A model generated the notes under the pieces. The model did no database searches and was not told where the DNA came from. It worked only from the letters and a program-made list of their open reading frames with translations. 10,392 nucleotides of DNA, taken from positions 1 to 10,392 of the forward strand of contig JANLPS010000351.1 of NCBI GenBank assembly GCA_031367385.1. The letters run 5' to 3'. Position 1 is the first letter of the stretch; each line of letters starts with the position of its first letter. The translations under genes and the position numbers were made by a program. Positions 1-6,798 of the stretch are shown here, piece by piece. This DNA is from Archangium sp. Its GTDB lineage: Bacteria; Myxococcota; Myxococcia; Myxococcales; Myxococcaceae.

Positions 1-94
1 GATCTCATTGCTTCATTTTTCTCGGCCGCCAGGCGTTGCTGAAATCGAACGTGCACCCTCAGCTCTGTCTCGCCGCATCTTATGTGGGTCTTGG

Positions 95-102
95 GCCGAC
101 AA
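95..102 (+). promoter_or_regulatory. Putative sigma-28 (FliA/WhiG)-type -10 element, probably driving a leaderless transcript
   Basis: GCCGACAA at 95-102 is a 7/8 match to the sigma-28 -10 consensus GCCGATAA. It lies 7 nt before ATG 110, which has no Shine-Dalgarno. No convincing TAAA -35 at canonical spacing. Confidence 0.4.
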
Positions 103-109
103 CCCCTTG

Positions 110-1204
110 ATGCGGATCTCGTTCAAGACAAAAGGCGTGCCGTTCTCGAAGGTTACCGCCGCAGGGCAGCCGTTCTACACGAGCGCGACGTCGTCTCGGC
201 AGCTTGGGCCGAACCTCGGCCTCTTTCGCGATTCAGTCGATGGGTACCGCTCTCCGTTGGGCGCCTTGGGCTCTGGCTCGGCGGTCGAGGGCATCGGCAT
301 CACCACCACCACGGGGCCGTCATCGGTCATTGCCCGAGCCGCCGAGAGCGCGGAGTGGATGAACCGCGACCGCTCACGCGACACCGACGTGTTCAGCAAC
401 CCACGTTCGCCACTCAGTGAGGCCGGCGCGCTCAACAAGGCATCGTACGACGCCGCGATGGCGCCGATCTTGGCTCCGATGGCGTTCGACTTCTTCTTCG
501 GAGGCGCTGAAATCGTCGCGCGAACCAAGCAGCTCGAGGCCGGCGGGAGCATCGGCATCGCTGGCCGTGGTGGCATCAACAACAACGCGGGGTGGGCCGG
601 CCTCCTCGGGCCCAACGGCGGCTACGCGACCAGAGACCTCACCGTCAACGCGAACGGCGACTACGTGAACTCGAAGGGCGTCATCGTCACAGAGATCAAG
701 AACGTCGCGTGGACCAAAGACAGCTCGCGCACCCTGCGACTGGTCGAGAAGTACACGCCTGAGCGCGCGGCCGAGCTGTCGAAGCAAGACAAGCTCGACG
801 CATCATGGATGGTGGACGCGCCGTTGGCTCGCGCTGGCGACACGCAGACCTTTCGGTTCAACGTGCCCGCAGGCGAGTTCTTGAACGTGGTGGTCAAGCC
901 CGCCGACCAAGACTCCGCGACCTTGCTCCGCCCGAGCGACTTCGATCTCGAGATTCTCGACCGCAAGGGCAACGTGCTCGCCAACTCAATCGAGCGAAAC
1001 GCGATTGACTGGTTGCAGCTCTACAGCGAAGCACCGCAGAAGCTGCAGGTTCGCGTTCGCCTGGTCAACCCGTCAGCAACCCACGCCGGTCGCCCGTCGA
1101 TGTACCGCTTGATCATCGACACGCCGACCGACGCCGTGAAGCCCGACCCGAAGGTTGCTGGGGCGCAGCAGCTGCCCTTGGGCACCATCGCCGTCGAGCA
1201 GTAA
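110..1204 (+). CDS. Hypothetical protein (364 aa) with C-terminal PPC (pre-peptidase C-terminal)-like beta-sandwich domain
   Basis: Long ORF with GC3-rich codons from ATG 110 (MRISFKTK...). The TTG extension from 8 crosses more AT-rich, promoter-like DNA. The region ~824-1117 (GDTQTFRFNVPAGEFLNVVVKP...SDFDLEILDRKGNVLANS...YRLII) has the PPC pattern DxxxF-V-AG...DxDLxlxDxxGxxla-S. The N-terminal two thirds are unrecognised, with no signal peptide. Confidence 0.8.
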   Translation: MRISFKTKGVPFSKVTAAGQPFYTSATSSRQLGPNLGLFRDSVDGYRSPLGALGSGSAVEGIGITTTTGPSSVIARAAESAEWMNRDRSRDTDVFSNPRSPLSEAGALNKASYDAAMAPILAPMAFDFFFGGAEIVARTKQLEAGGSIGIAGRGGINNNAGWAGLLGPNGGYATRDLTVNANGDYVNSKGVIVTEIKNVAWTKDSSRTLRLVEKYTPERAAELSKQDKLDASWMVDAPLARAGDTQTFRFNVPAGEFLNVVVKPADQDSATLLRPSDFDLEILDRKGNVLANSIERNAIDWLQLYSEAPQKLQVRVRLVNPSATHAGRPSMYRLIIDTPTDAVKPDPKVAGAQQLPLGTIAVEQ

Positions 1205-1210
1205 ACCGCG

Positions 1211-2374
1211 CTACTTCGCGCTCGCTTCGCCGCCCCACGCGGCAGGCTCACTGGCTTTGGCGCGAACTGACTGGCTCGCCGCGTAGACGACCCGTCGCGC
1301 GCGGTTGTGATTGCCCATGGGCTTGTGCGCGGCGATGGCATGCCACGGGGTGAAAACGAGACCGTCACAGAACGCAGCAGGCGCCAGCTCCTGCGCTGGC
1401 ATCACGATGTCGGCGACGGGCACGGGTACTGAAAACGTCTCGTCCCAGGTGACGGAGGCGTTCTCGATGGGTGTCTCTTCAGCGTCGACCTGAAACTGCA
1501 CGAAGAAGCGGAAGCAGGTCTCGCCCTTTGCCGCGGCCGCGAGGTCTTCGCGGAGGTAGCTTGGGCTCTCTTTCGAAGGCGCCCGGTTGAGCGTCGAGTC
1601 ACACGGGCGCGCGAGGTACTTGATCGCCTGGTGCGCTCCGAGGTGGTACGGGCCGCCGCTCCAGTAGGTCGCGGTCAGCGCGCTGTTGATTGGCCCGGTC
1701 TTGTAGAGCGCTTTGCCGGTGCGGGGGTGGCCGATGAGAAAAAACAGGCCAGCGAGGCGGCCCTTGGTGTTCGCATGGGCGAATTGCATGAACTCCGTCG
1801 CGTCTTGACCGACCGGCACCGGGCTGTTCGTCATCAAGAAGTCTTGGGTCGACTGCTCGTCGTCGAGGTATTTTTTGCCCGCCACGCCGATCGCCTTCAC
1901 TGCCATGCCGCGGGCGTCGAGCTCGCTGTCTTCCTGCTTCCAACCGACGCCGTTCGAGAAGCGCACCCACACCGGTATCGACGCGGCACCTTCGGCAAAC
2001 AGGCCGAAGCGAGCACGCTCCGGGCGACTGGCGAGCGGCCGTAGCTCACCGTGCAGGCACCCGTGTGACTTGGCGTGAAAGCCGCGAAAGACCTCGGTGC
2101 CCTTGGTGGTCGCCACTTGTTGCTGCAGCGCCTGCATTTGCTGGCCGAAGTCGGTGAACAGCGCGCGCTCGGCCTCTGCGTTGCCGCCCAAGAAGTATTC
2201 GGTGTTCAGCGCGGGCACGCCGTCGACTGGAGCGTCTTTGGGAGGCAGTGGCTCGGCGTTGGGGTCGATCGCCGCCAGCGAGTGCTGGAGGGCCTCTGTG
2301 CGCTGGGCTTCGGTGAGGCGCGCGCAGGAGACGGCGAAGAGTGACGCAATGAGAAGGAGTCGTAGAGGAGACAT
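1211..2374 (-). CDS. Small catalase-related heme protein (catalase-like superfamily), predicted lipoprotein, 387 aa
   Basis: Catalase-fold motifs: RGFHAKSHGC (distal His), VWVRFSNG, DARGMAVK, QDFLMTNSP (distal Asn), FTPWH, PMGNHNRARRVVY (proximal RxxxY Tyr ligand). N-terminus MSPLRLLLIASLFAVSC is a type II signal peptide with a lipobox Cys. Confidence 0.9.
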   Translation of the reverse strand: MSPLRLLLIASLFAVSCARLTEAQRTEALQHSLAAIDPNAEPLPPKDAPVDGVPALNTEYFLGGNAEAERALFTDFGQQMQALQQQVATTKGTEVFRGFHAKSHGCLHGELRPLASRPERARFGLFAEGAASIPVWVRFSNGVGWKQEDSELDARGMAVKAIGVAGKKYLDDEQSTQDFLMTNSPVPVGQDATEFMQFAHANTKGRLAGLFFLIGHPRTGKALYKTGPINSALTATYWSGGPYHLGAHQAIKYLARPCDSTLNRAPSKESPSYLREDLAAAAKGETCFRFFVQFQVDAEETPIENASVTWDETFSVPVPVADIVMPAQELAPAAFCDGLVFTPWHAIAAHKPMGNHNRARRVVYAASQSVRAKASEPAAWGGEASAK

Positions 2375-2394
2375 GGCACCTGGGGGCAGAAGCT

Positions 2395-2445
2395 GACTCC
2401 TATCTTACTGAAGCAATTGAAGAACCAATCGCGAATGTTGATCGT
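2395..2445. promoter_or_regulatory. AT-rich promoter region upstream of the catalase-like gene, with a possible LysR-type (T-N11-A) box
   Basis: Locally AT-rich intergenic DNA. ATCG-N7-TGAT at 2428-2442 is a T-N11-A imperfect dyad, and ATTG-N6-CAAT lies at 2416-2429. Confidence 0.3.
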
Positions 2446-2482
2446 TGTGGCCCGCGCACTGAAGCCCTCGTAAGCGCGCGCG

Positions 2483-2552
2483 ATGCGACTCCTCGCTTGC
2501 CTCGTCGTAGCGCTCATGGGTTCACGGGCCTTCGGTCAACGCGGTTGCTGCT
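2483..2552 (+). pseudogene. Possible 5' remnant of a secreted-protein gene (signal peptide only)
   Basis: ATG 2483 encodes MRLLACLVVALMGSRAFG|Q, a Sec-signal-like peptide. The frame then enters the antisense strand of the methyltransferase gene and turns into Arg/Pro-rich shadow-ORF sequence. Confidence 0.3.
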
Positions 2553-3218
2553 TCAGGGCCGGTTCTGAGCGGGTCGCAGCGCCAGCGCCTTCGCCTTGTC
2601 GGCCCGCTTGGCTGAGAGCTCGACGCCGATGGCATGAAGCCCATTCGAATTGGCCACCGCCAGCATGGTGCCCAGGCCGCAGAACGGGTCGACCACGGTG
2701 TCGCAGTCAGTGTGGGTCTTCAAGAAGTGCGCGACCGCCTCGCACGCCTCGACGCCCATCGCGCGGGCCCAGGTCATCTCGCCCAGCCGCGGCAGCACGT
2801 CGGCTGACGACTGGCCTTTCTCGAGCCGCTTGGCCTTCGAAAAGCACATCAAATGCGCGTACGAAGGCCGGCCGAAGGTGATGAGGCCCGCGGGGGCGCG
2901 GCAGACGATCTTGTGCCAGAGCAACGAGACTCCGGCCTTTTCTGCGCCGAGCGAGACCAAAAAGCCCTTGTCGACCCAGGTACCCTCGCGCTTGACGTCG
3001 GTCTGAAAGAACACCGCGACCGAGTCAGGTGCGACTGAGCTGCAGATGAGCGCCGAGGTGTCGATGAACCAGCGGCGCCAACCGTCGAAGCCCAGGGCCG
3101 GTATCTCAGAGCTGTCGGGCAGCGAGGTGACGATGGCGGCCTTCGGCGGGAGCGGGTTGGACTTGAGCCAAGCCACCCCATCGGTGCAGTGAACGGTACG
3201 GGTTGGCGCGGTGCTCAC
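2553..3218 (-). CDS. SAM-dependent methyltransferase, N6/N4 DNA-methylase (beta class) fold, atypical catalytic motif, ~221 aa
   Basis: N-terminal RTVHCTDGVAWL...AIVTSLPD sits at the motif IV position and C-terminal VVDPFCGLGTMLAVA...AIGVELS is SAM-binding motif I/II, i.e. beta-class order. Start placed at GTG 3218 (GTG 3230 is an alternative). The ORF-track extension to 3737 is antisense to the TIGR02996 gene. Confidence 0.85.
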   Translation of the reverse strand: MSTAPTRTVHCTDGVAWLKSNPLPPKAAIVTSLPDSSEIPALGFDGWRRWFIDTSALICSSVAPDSVAVFFQTDVKREGTWVDKGFLVSLGAEKAGVSLLWHKIVCRAPAGLITFGRPSYAHLMCFSKAKRLEKGQSSADVLPRLGEMTWARAMGVEACEAVAHFLKTHTDCDTVVDPFCGLGTMLAVANSNGLHAIGVELSAKRADKAKALALRPAQNRP

Positions 3219-3236
3219 GGTAGGGTGCACCGTGTC
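3219..3236. promoter_or_regulatory. Putative compact bidirectional promoter between divergent genes
   Basis: 18-bp gap between GTG 3218 (-) and ATG 3237 (+). TAGGGT (+, 3221-3226) and CACGGT (-, 3229-3234) each end 10 nt from their start codon. The palindrome GGTGCACC (3224-3231) is centred exactly between the two starts. Confidence 0.4.
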
Positions 3237-4391
3237 ATGAAGCGCGACGCCTCGCTGCAGCAAGTCCTCGAGAACCCCGACGATGACCAGCTTCGCCTGG
3301 TGTACGCCGACGCGTTGAGCGAACGCGGTGATGCGCGGGGCGAGCTCATCGCGGTGCAGTGTGCTCTTGCGGCGCGGCCCGATGATGAGGGGCTGCGCGC
3401 GAGAGAAGCAGAGCTGCTGCAGAGGCATCGCGGCGAGTGGTTCGGGCCGCTCGAGGCCTACCTGCGCGAACGCAACCCCGAGGAGGCCGTGGGGTACGTC
3501 GTGCGGCGCGGCTTCGTCGAGCACGTTCGCGTTCGGCTGAGCGGCCAACGCGGAGAGGTCGACGAGCTGTTCAAGCTGGTGCCTTCGCTGCGCTCGCTCG
3601 AGGTGAACGGCGAAGGCCTGACCGCCTCGAAGGCGCTGCGAAAGCTCGAGCGGTTGACGGTGACCGGGATCATCGGAGAGGTCTCCGACCTGTTGATCGA
3701 AGGCTACTTCGATGAGCTTCGCGCGCTCGACCTGCAAGTCATCGATGGCGAGCCGGGGCCTGGGCTTTCTCGCCTGACGGAGCTGACCGAGTTTCGCTCG
3801 ACCTGGGCCGTGCGTGGGCTCTGGCCGTTGCCGCGGCGGCTGAAGGTGCTCGATGGGTATGGCGAAGACGTGATTCGTACCCAGCTGACCACGCCGCGAA
3901 AGGCGCTGCGCGAGCTGGGGTTGCGGTCGGCCACCCTCGATGCCGAGACGATTGACGGGCTGGCGTTGCAGGCTCCGTACCTCGAGCGGATGATGCTCAA
4001 GATGTCACGGGTGTCGGCGCCGATGTTCGAGCGGCTCTTTCGCGTCGAGTGGCCTTCGCTCCAGCGCCTCGAGCTGCAAGGCGTGAGTCTCTCGGCCGAA
4101 GGCACGGCCGCGCTGGGCAACCTGTGGGCTCCGCAATTGTCGCAGGTCGACCTCGACATCGCGCAGCTGCGAGACGAAGGGGCTCGGCAGGTCTTGAAGC
4201 TGCCGTGGCTCAAGCAGTTGACCCGGCTGAGCCTGGTCGCGAACCGGCTGACCGATGATGGGTTGGTCGGGCTGGTCAAAGCGAAGCACCAGCTCGAGGA
4301 GTTGGTGCTGCAGAAGAATCAAATCTCGGCGGCGTTCGTCGCAAAGCTCAAGCGGCTCGACTCGTTTCGCGACACGCTGATTCTGCGTTAG
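3237..4391 (+). CDS. TIGR02996 (repeat-companion) domain protein with C-terminal leucine-rich repeats, 384 aa
   Basis: N-terminus LQQVLENPDDDQLRLVYADALSERGDARGELIAVQC matches the TIGR02996 signature, followed by the usual HRGEW...RRGFVEHV segment. LxxLxL repeats follow (LRSLEV, LERLTV, LRALDL, LRELGL, LQRLEL, LSQVDL, LTRLSLVANRL, LEELVLQKNQI). Confidence 0.93.
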   Translation: MKRDASLQQVLENPDDDQLRLVYADALSERGDARGELIAVQCALAARPDDEGLRAREAELLQRHRGEWFGPLEAYLRERNPEEAVGYVVRRGFVEHVRVRLSGQRGEVDELFKLVPSLRSLEVNGEGLTASKALRKLERLTVTGIIGEVSDLLIEGYFDELRALDLQVIDGEPGPGLSRLTELTEFRSTWAVRGLWPLPRRLKVLDGYGEDVIRTQLTTPRKALRELGLRSATLDAETIDGLALQAPYLERMMLKMSRVSAPMFERLFRVEWPSLQRLELQGVSLSAEGTAALGNLWAPQLSQVDLDIAQLRDEGARQVLKLPWLKQLTRLSLVANRLTDDGLVGLVKAKHQLEELVLQKNQISAAFVAKLKRLDSFRDTLILR

Positions 4392-5380
4392 CGGCTGCAG
4401 CCGATTCGCTGCGGGTCGACCGCGAGCTCGTCGATGTTGACGTTCATGTTGGCGCCGATCTTGTCGTACTGCTGGTACATCACCAGGCCGACGGTCAGCG
4501 TGTCGAAGGGGTCGGGCATCGGCCACGGGGGGTTCGAGTCGTTGGTGCCGCCCGTGTGGGTCTTGGTGACGTGCAGACCTGTGTGCTCGACGCCGTCCCA
4601 GTAGAGGCGCATCTCCTGGTCGGGGCCGTTCCACTGCATCTCGAAGCAGACCCATTTCTTCGCGGGGAAGGCGGTCTGCCCGGCGGGTGCCCCAGAGTCG
4701 TCGATGCCGACCTCGGCCCGGTCCATGCCGTCTTCGTTCATCAGTAACGCGGTGTTGATGAAGCCGCCCGCGCGCAGCTCGGGTCGCTTCGTACCGGCGC
4801 TGAAGAGGTGCGGGCCGGTGGCTTGAGCGAACGTCCAGTGGGTGAGGGGGAAGTTCGCGGTGTCGTTGTACTTGAAGGGCAGCGGCACGGTGTCCATGTA
4901 CAAGAAGAGGCGCACCCAGAACTGGTTGCCCGCGATGGGGAAGATTTTCTTGAGCGACATCATCGCTTTGTTCTGACCTGTCGCGATGGTGAAGCGCGCC
5001 GACTTCGAGCCACGCGCGGCCCGGGTGGCGTCGATCTTGACCGAGCCCTTCGTGGGGTCCCAGTACTCCGGCGACCAGCTCGACGGGTTGGGTGCTGCTT
5101 GGTCTGCCTGCCCCTCGAAGTCGTCGCAGAAGAGTACGCCTGCGGTGCCACAGCGCGGTGAGCCGAAATAGTCGCCTGCGTCGGTCGAGAACACCCGGCC
5201 CGCGTCGGCTGGGGCTATGCCTGCGTCCTGAGTGGTGGTGCCAGCGTCTTGGGTGCCATTGCTGCCCGCATCGGTGACGGGCTGTGCGCCTGCGTCACCG
5301 GTCTTGCCCCCATCGGTATTCATCTCTTCGACGCTGCCACTGCAGGCAGCCATCAGCACCACCAGGAGCGCGCGCCTCAC
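4388..5380 (-). CDS. Lipoprotein with DAG-repeat linker and Cip1-like / polysaccharide-lyase-like (ConA-type beta-sandwich) domain, 330 aa
   Basis: GTG start overlaps the DUF1552 stop (GTGA). Lipobox in MRRALLVVLMAAC. Domain pattern C...FCDDFE...D-TRA-RGSKS...FWVRLFLY...KKWVCFEMQWNG...LYWDG...IDELAVDPQRIGC resembles the Cip1-like core. The domain call is less certain than the CDS itself. Confidence 0.8.
   Translation of the reverse strand: MRRALLVVLMAACSGSVEEMNTDGGKTGDAGAQPVTDAGSNGTQDAGTTTQDAGIAPADAGRVFSTDAGDYFGSPRCGTAGVLFCDDFEGQADQAAPNPSSWSPEYWDPTKGSVKIDATRAARGSKSARFTIATGQNKAMMSLKKIFPIAGNQFWVRLFLYMDTVPLPFKYNDTANFPLTHWTFAQATGPHLFSAGTKRPELRAGGFINTALLMNEDGMDRAEVGIDDSGAPAGQTAFPAKKWVCFEMQWNGPDQEMRLYWDGVEHTGLHVTKTHTGGTNDSNPPWPMPDPFDTLTVGLVMYQQYDKIGANMNVNIDELAVDPQRIGCSR
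5174..5314 (-). repeat. Coding low-complexity repeat: one DGG and six DAG tripeptides in a lipoprotein tether
   Basis: TDGGKTGDAGAQPVTDAGSNGTQDAGTTTQDAGIAPADAGRVFSTDAG, with motifs spaced 6-8 residues apart. Confidence 0.75.
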
Positions 5381-6798
5381 GCCTTGAGCTCGCTGTACTC
5401 TCCGGGGTCACCGTACGCGCCAAAGTTGGTGACGGGTGCGCCGTTCTCGGTGACGCCGACGGCGTTGATCAACGTGGTGAGCAACTTGTTGTGCGGCGCA
5501 TCGACGAGCTGCTTGGTCGTCGCTTGCTTGGTGAGCTTCACGTACTGGCCGGTCTTCAGGTACCCGCCACAGCTGCCGGCGATGACGTACGGCATGTCCA
5601 TGAAGTTGTGCTCGAGGCCGTCGGAGAGCTCGTTCATCCACACGATGGCGCTGTTATCGAGCACGGTCTTGCCGTCGGCTTCGGTGTACGCGCTCAGCTT
5701 GTCGCACAGGTACCGAAACTGCTTGCCGTACCAGGTGTCGATTTCGAACAGGAGCTGCTTGTAGTCGGCGCCACCGACTCCGGTGTTCGAGCCGCCGTCG
5801 GTGGTCGAGTTATGGGAGATGGCGTGGTGGTGGTACGGGTGGTTGAGGCCGTCCCACTTGAAGGTGGGGCCGCCGGCGCCGTTGTTCCACTGGAGCGAGG
5901 CGACGCGGGTGTTGCCGCAGGCCAGCGCAATCGCGAGCACATCCATCTGCATTTGACCGATGGCTTTGTAGTTGGCCTCGGCCTCGACGTTGGCGACGGC
6001 TTGAATCTCAGAGGTGCGTGCCGTGGGCAAGGTGCACGCGGGCAGGCCCATGCCGACCATCGCCATCTCGAGCTCACGAATCGAGGTGTAGTGCAGGTCG
6101 AGCTTGGCCTTGTCGGCGGCAGAGAGGCCCTTGGTCTTGAGCGTATCCATCTCTGACTTCACGACGTCGAGCACGCTCTTTTGGCGGTCGTAGATGCGCT
6201 GGGCGGTGCTGGGGCCGGTCGGCGCGGTGACCATGAAGTCTCGAAAGGCGAGCCAGGGGTTGTTCTCGCCCTGCACCGGCTTGCCCGCGGCAGAATACGA
6301 GATCACGCTGGTGACCCCCGAGCCCTTTTGACCGACCTTCAAGGTCATCGACGGCCGGCCCGACGGGTTGATCTTCGAGGCCATGTACTGATCGACCGAG
6401 ATGCCGTTGGCGTAGTGATCAGCGCCCGCCAATTGCTGCGCGGTGAGCTTGCCGCCCATGCCGTTCTGGTGATCGCACCCGACCGGCGTCTGCCCGCCGA
6501 TGTTGAAGCCGTTGGGCACCTTGCGAATGCCGCGGGGCACGATGATCTTCGATTCGAGCCCGGCGAGCGGGGCCAGCGACGTGCCGGTGAACGAGGCCGA
6601 GGTCAGCGCCCCGTACGGCGTCACGGGAAAAAACTTGTCCATGTTCGCGCCGTTGCATTCGAAGAACGCGACGAAGCGTTTGGCGACGTCAGCCGGCGCG
6701 GCCCTGGCGGTGCGGGGCACGAGGGTCTCGAGAAAGGGCAGGCCGATGGCGATGCCGCCTGCTCCGCGCAGAAAGAAGCGGCGAGTCAGTCGGTTCAT
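5377..6798 (-). CDS. DUF1552 (HXXSHH) family protein with twin-arginine-type N-terminus, 473 aa
   Basis: N-terminus LTRRFFLRGAGGIAIGLPFLETL, then KRFVAFFECNG, SVDQYMA, KSVLDVV, DKAKLDLHYTSIRELE, LAIALACGNTRVAS, HHHAISHN, GKTVLDNSAIVWMNELSDGLEH, PYVIAG, HNKLLTTL. These are hallmark DUF1552 blocks. ATGA overlap with the upstream gene. Confidence 0.93.
   Translation of the reverse strand: MNRLTRRFFLRGAGGIAIGLPFLETLVPRTARAAPADVAKRFVAFFECNGANMDKFFPVTPYGALTSASFTGTSLAPLAGLESKIIVPRGIRKVPNGFNIGGQTPVGCDHQNGMGGKLTAQQLAGADHYANGISVDQYMASKINPSGRPSMTLKVGQKGSGVTSVISYSAAGKPVQGENNPWLAFRDFMVTAPTGPSTAQRIYDRQKSVLDVVKSEMDTLKTKGLSAADKAKLDLHYTSIRELEMAMVGMGLPACTLPTARTSEIQAVANVEAEANYKAIGQMQMDVLAIALACGNTRVASLQWNNGAGGPTFKWDGLNHPYHHHAISHNSTTDGGSNTGVGGADYKQLLFEIDTWYGKQFRYLCDKLSAYTEADGKTVLDNSAIVWMNELSDGLEHNFMDMPYVIAGSCGGYLKTGQYVKLTKQATTKQLVDAPHNKLLTTLINAVGVTENGAPVTNFGAYGDPGEYSELKA

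Noticed and set aside
8..109. TTG-started extension of the first ORF
   Set aside because: More AT-rich, promoter-like composition with a -10-like element just before ATG 110. Not formally excluded.
2483..2881. 132-aa plus-strand ORF as a complete gene
   Set aside because: Beyond about residue 23 it is antisense to the MTase and Arg/Pro-rich. Only the signal-like stub is retained as a finding.
3219..3737. N-terminal extension of the 394-aa ORF 2553..3737 (apparent fusion to the MTase)
   Set aside because: It is the antisense shadow of the clearly recognisable TIGR02996 gene. The MTase fold begins at about 3218.
2553..4391. Restriction-modification system
   Set aside because: No nuclease or specificity gene is adjacent, and the MTase catalytic motif is non-canonical.
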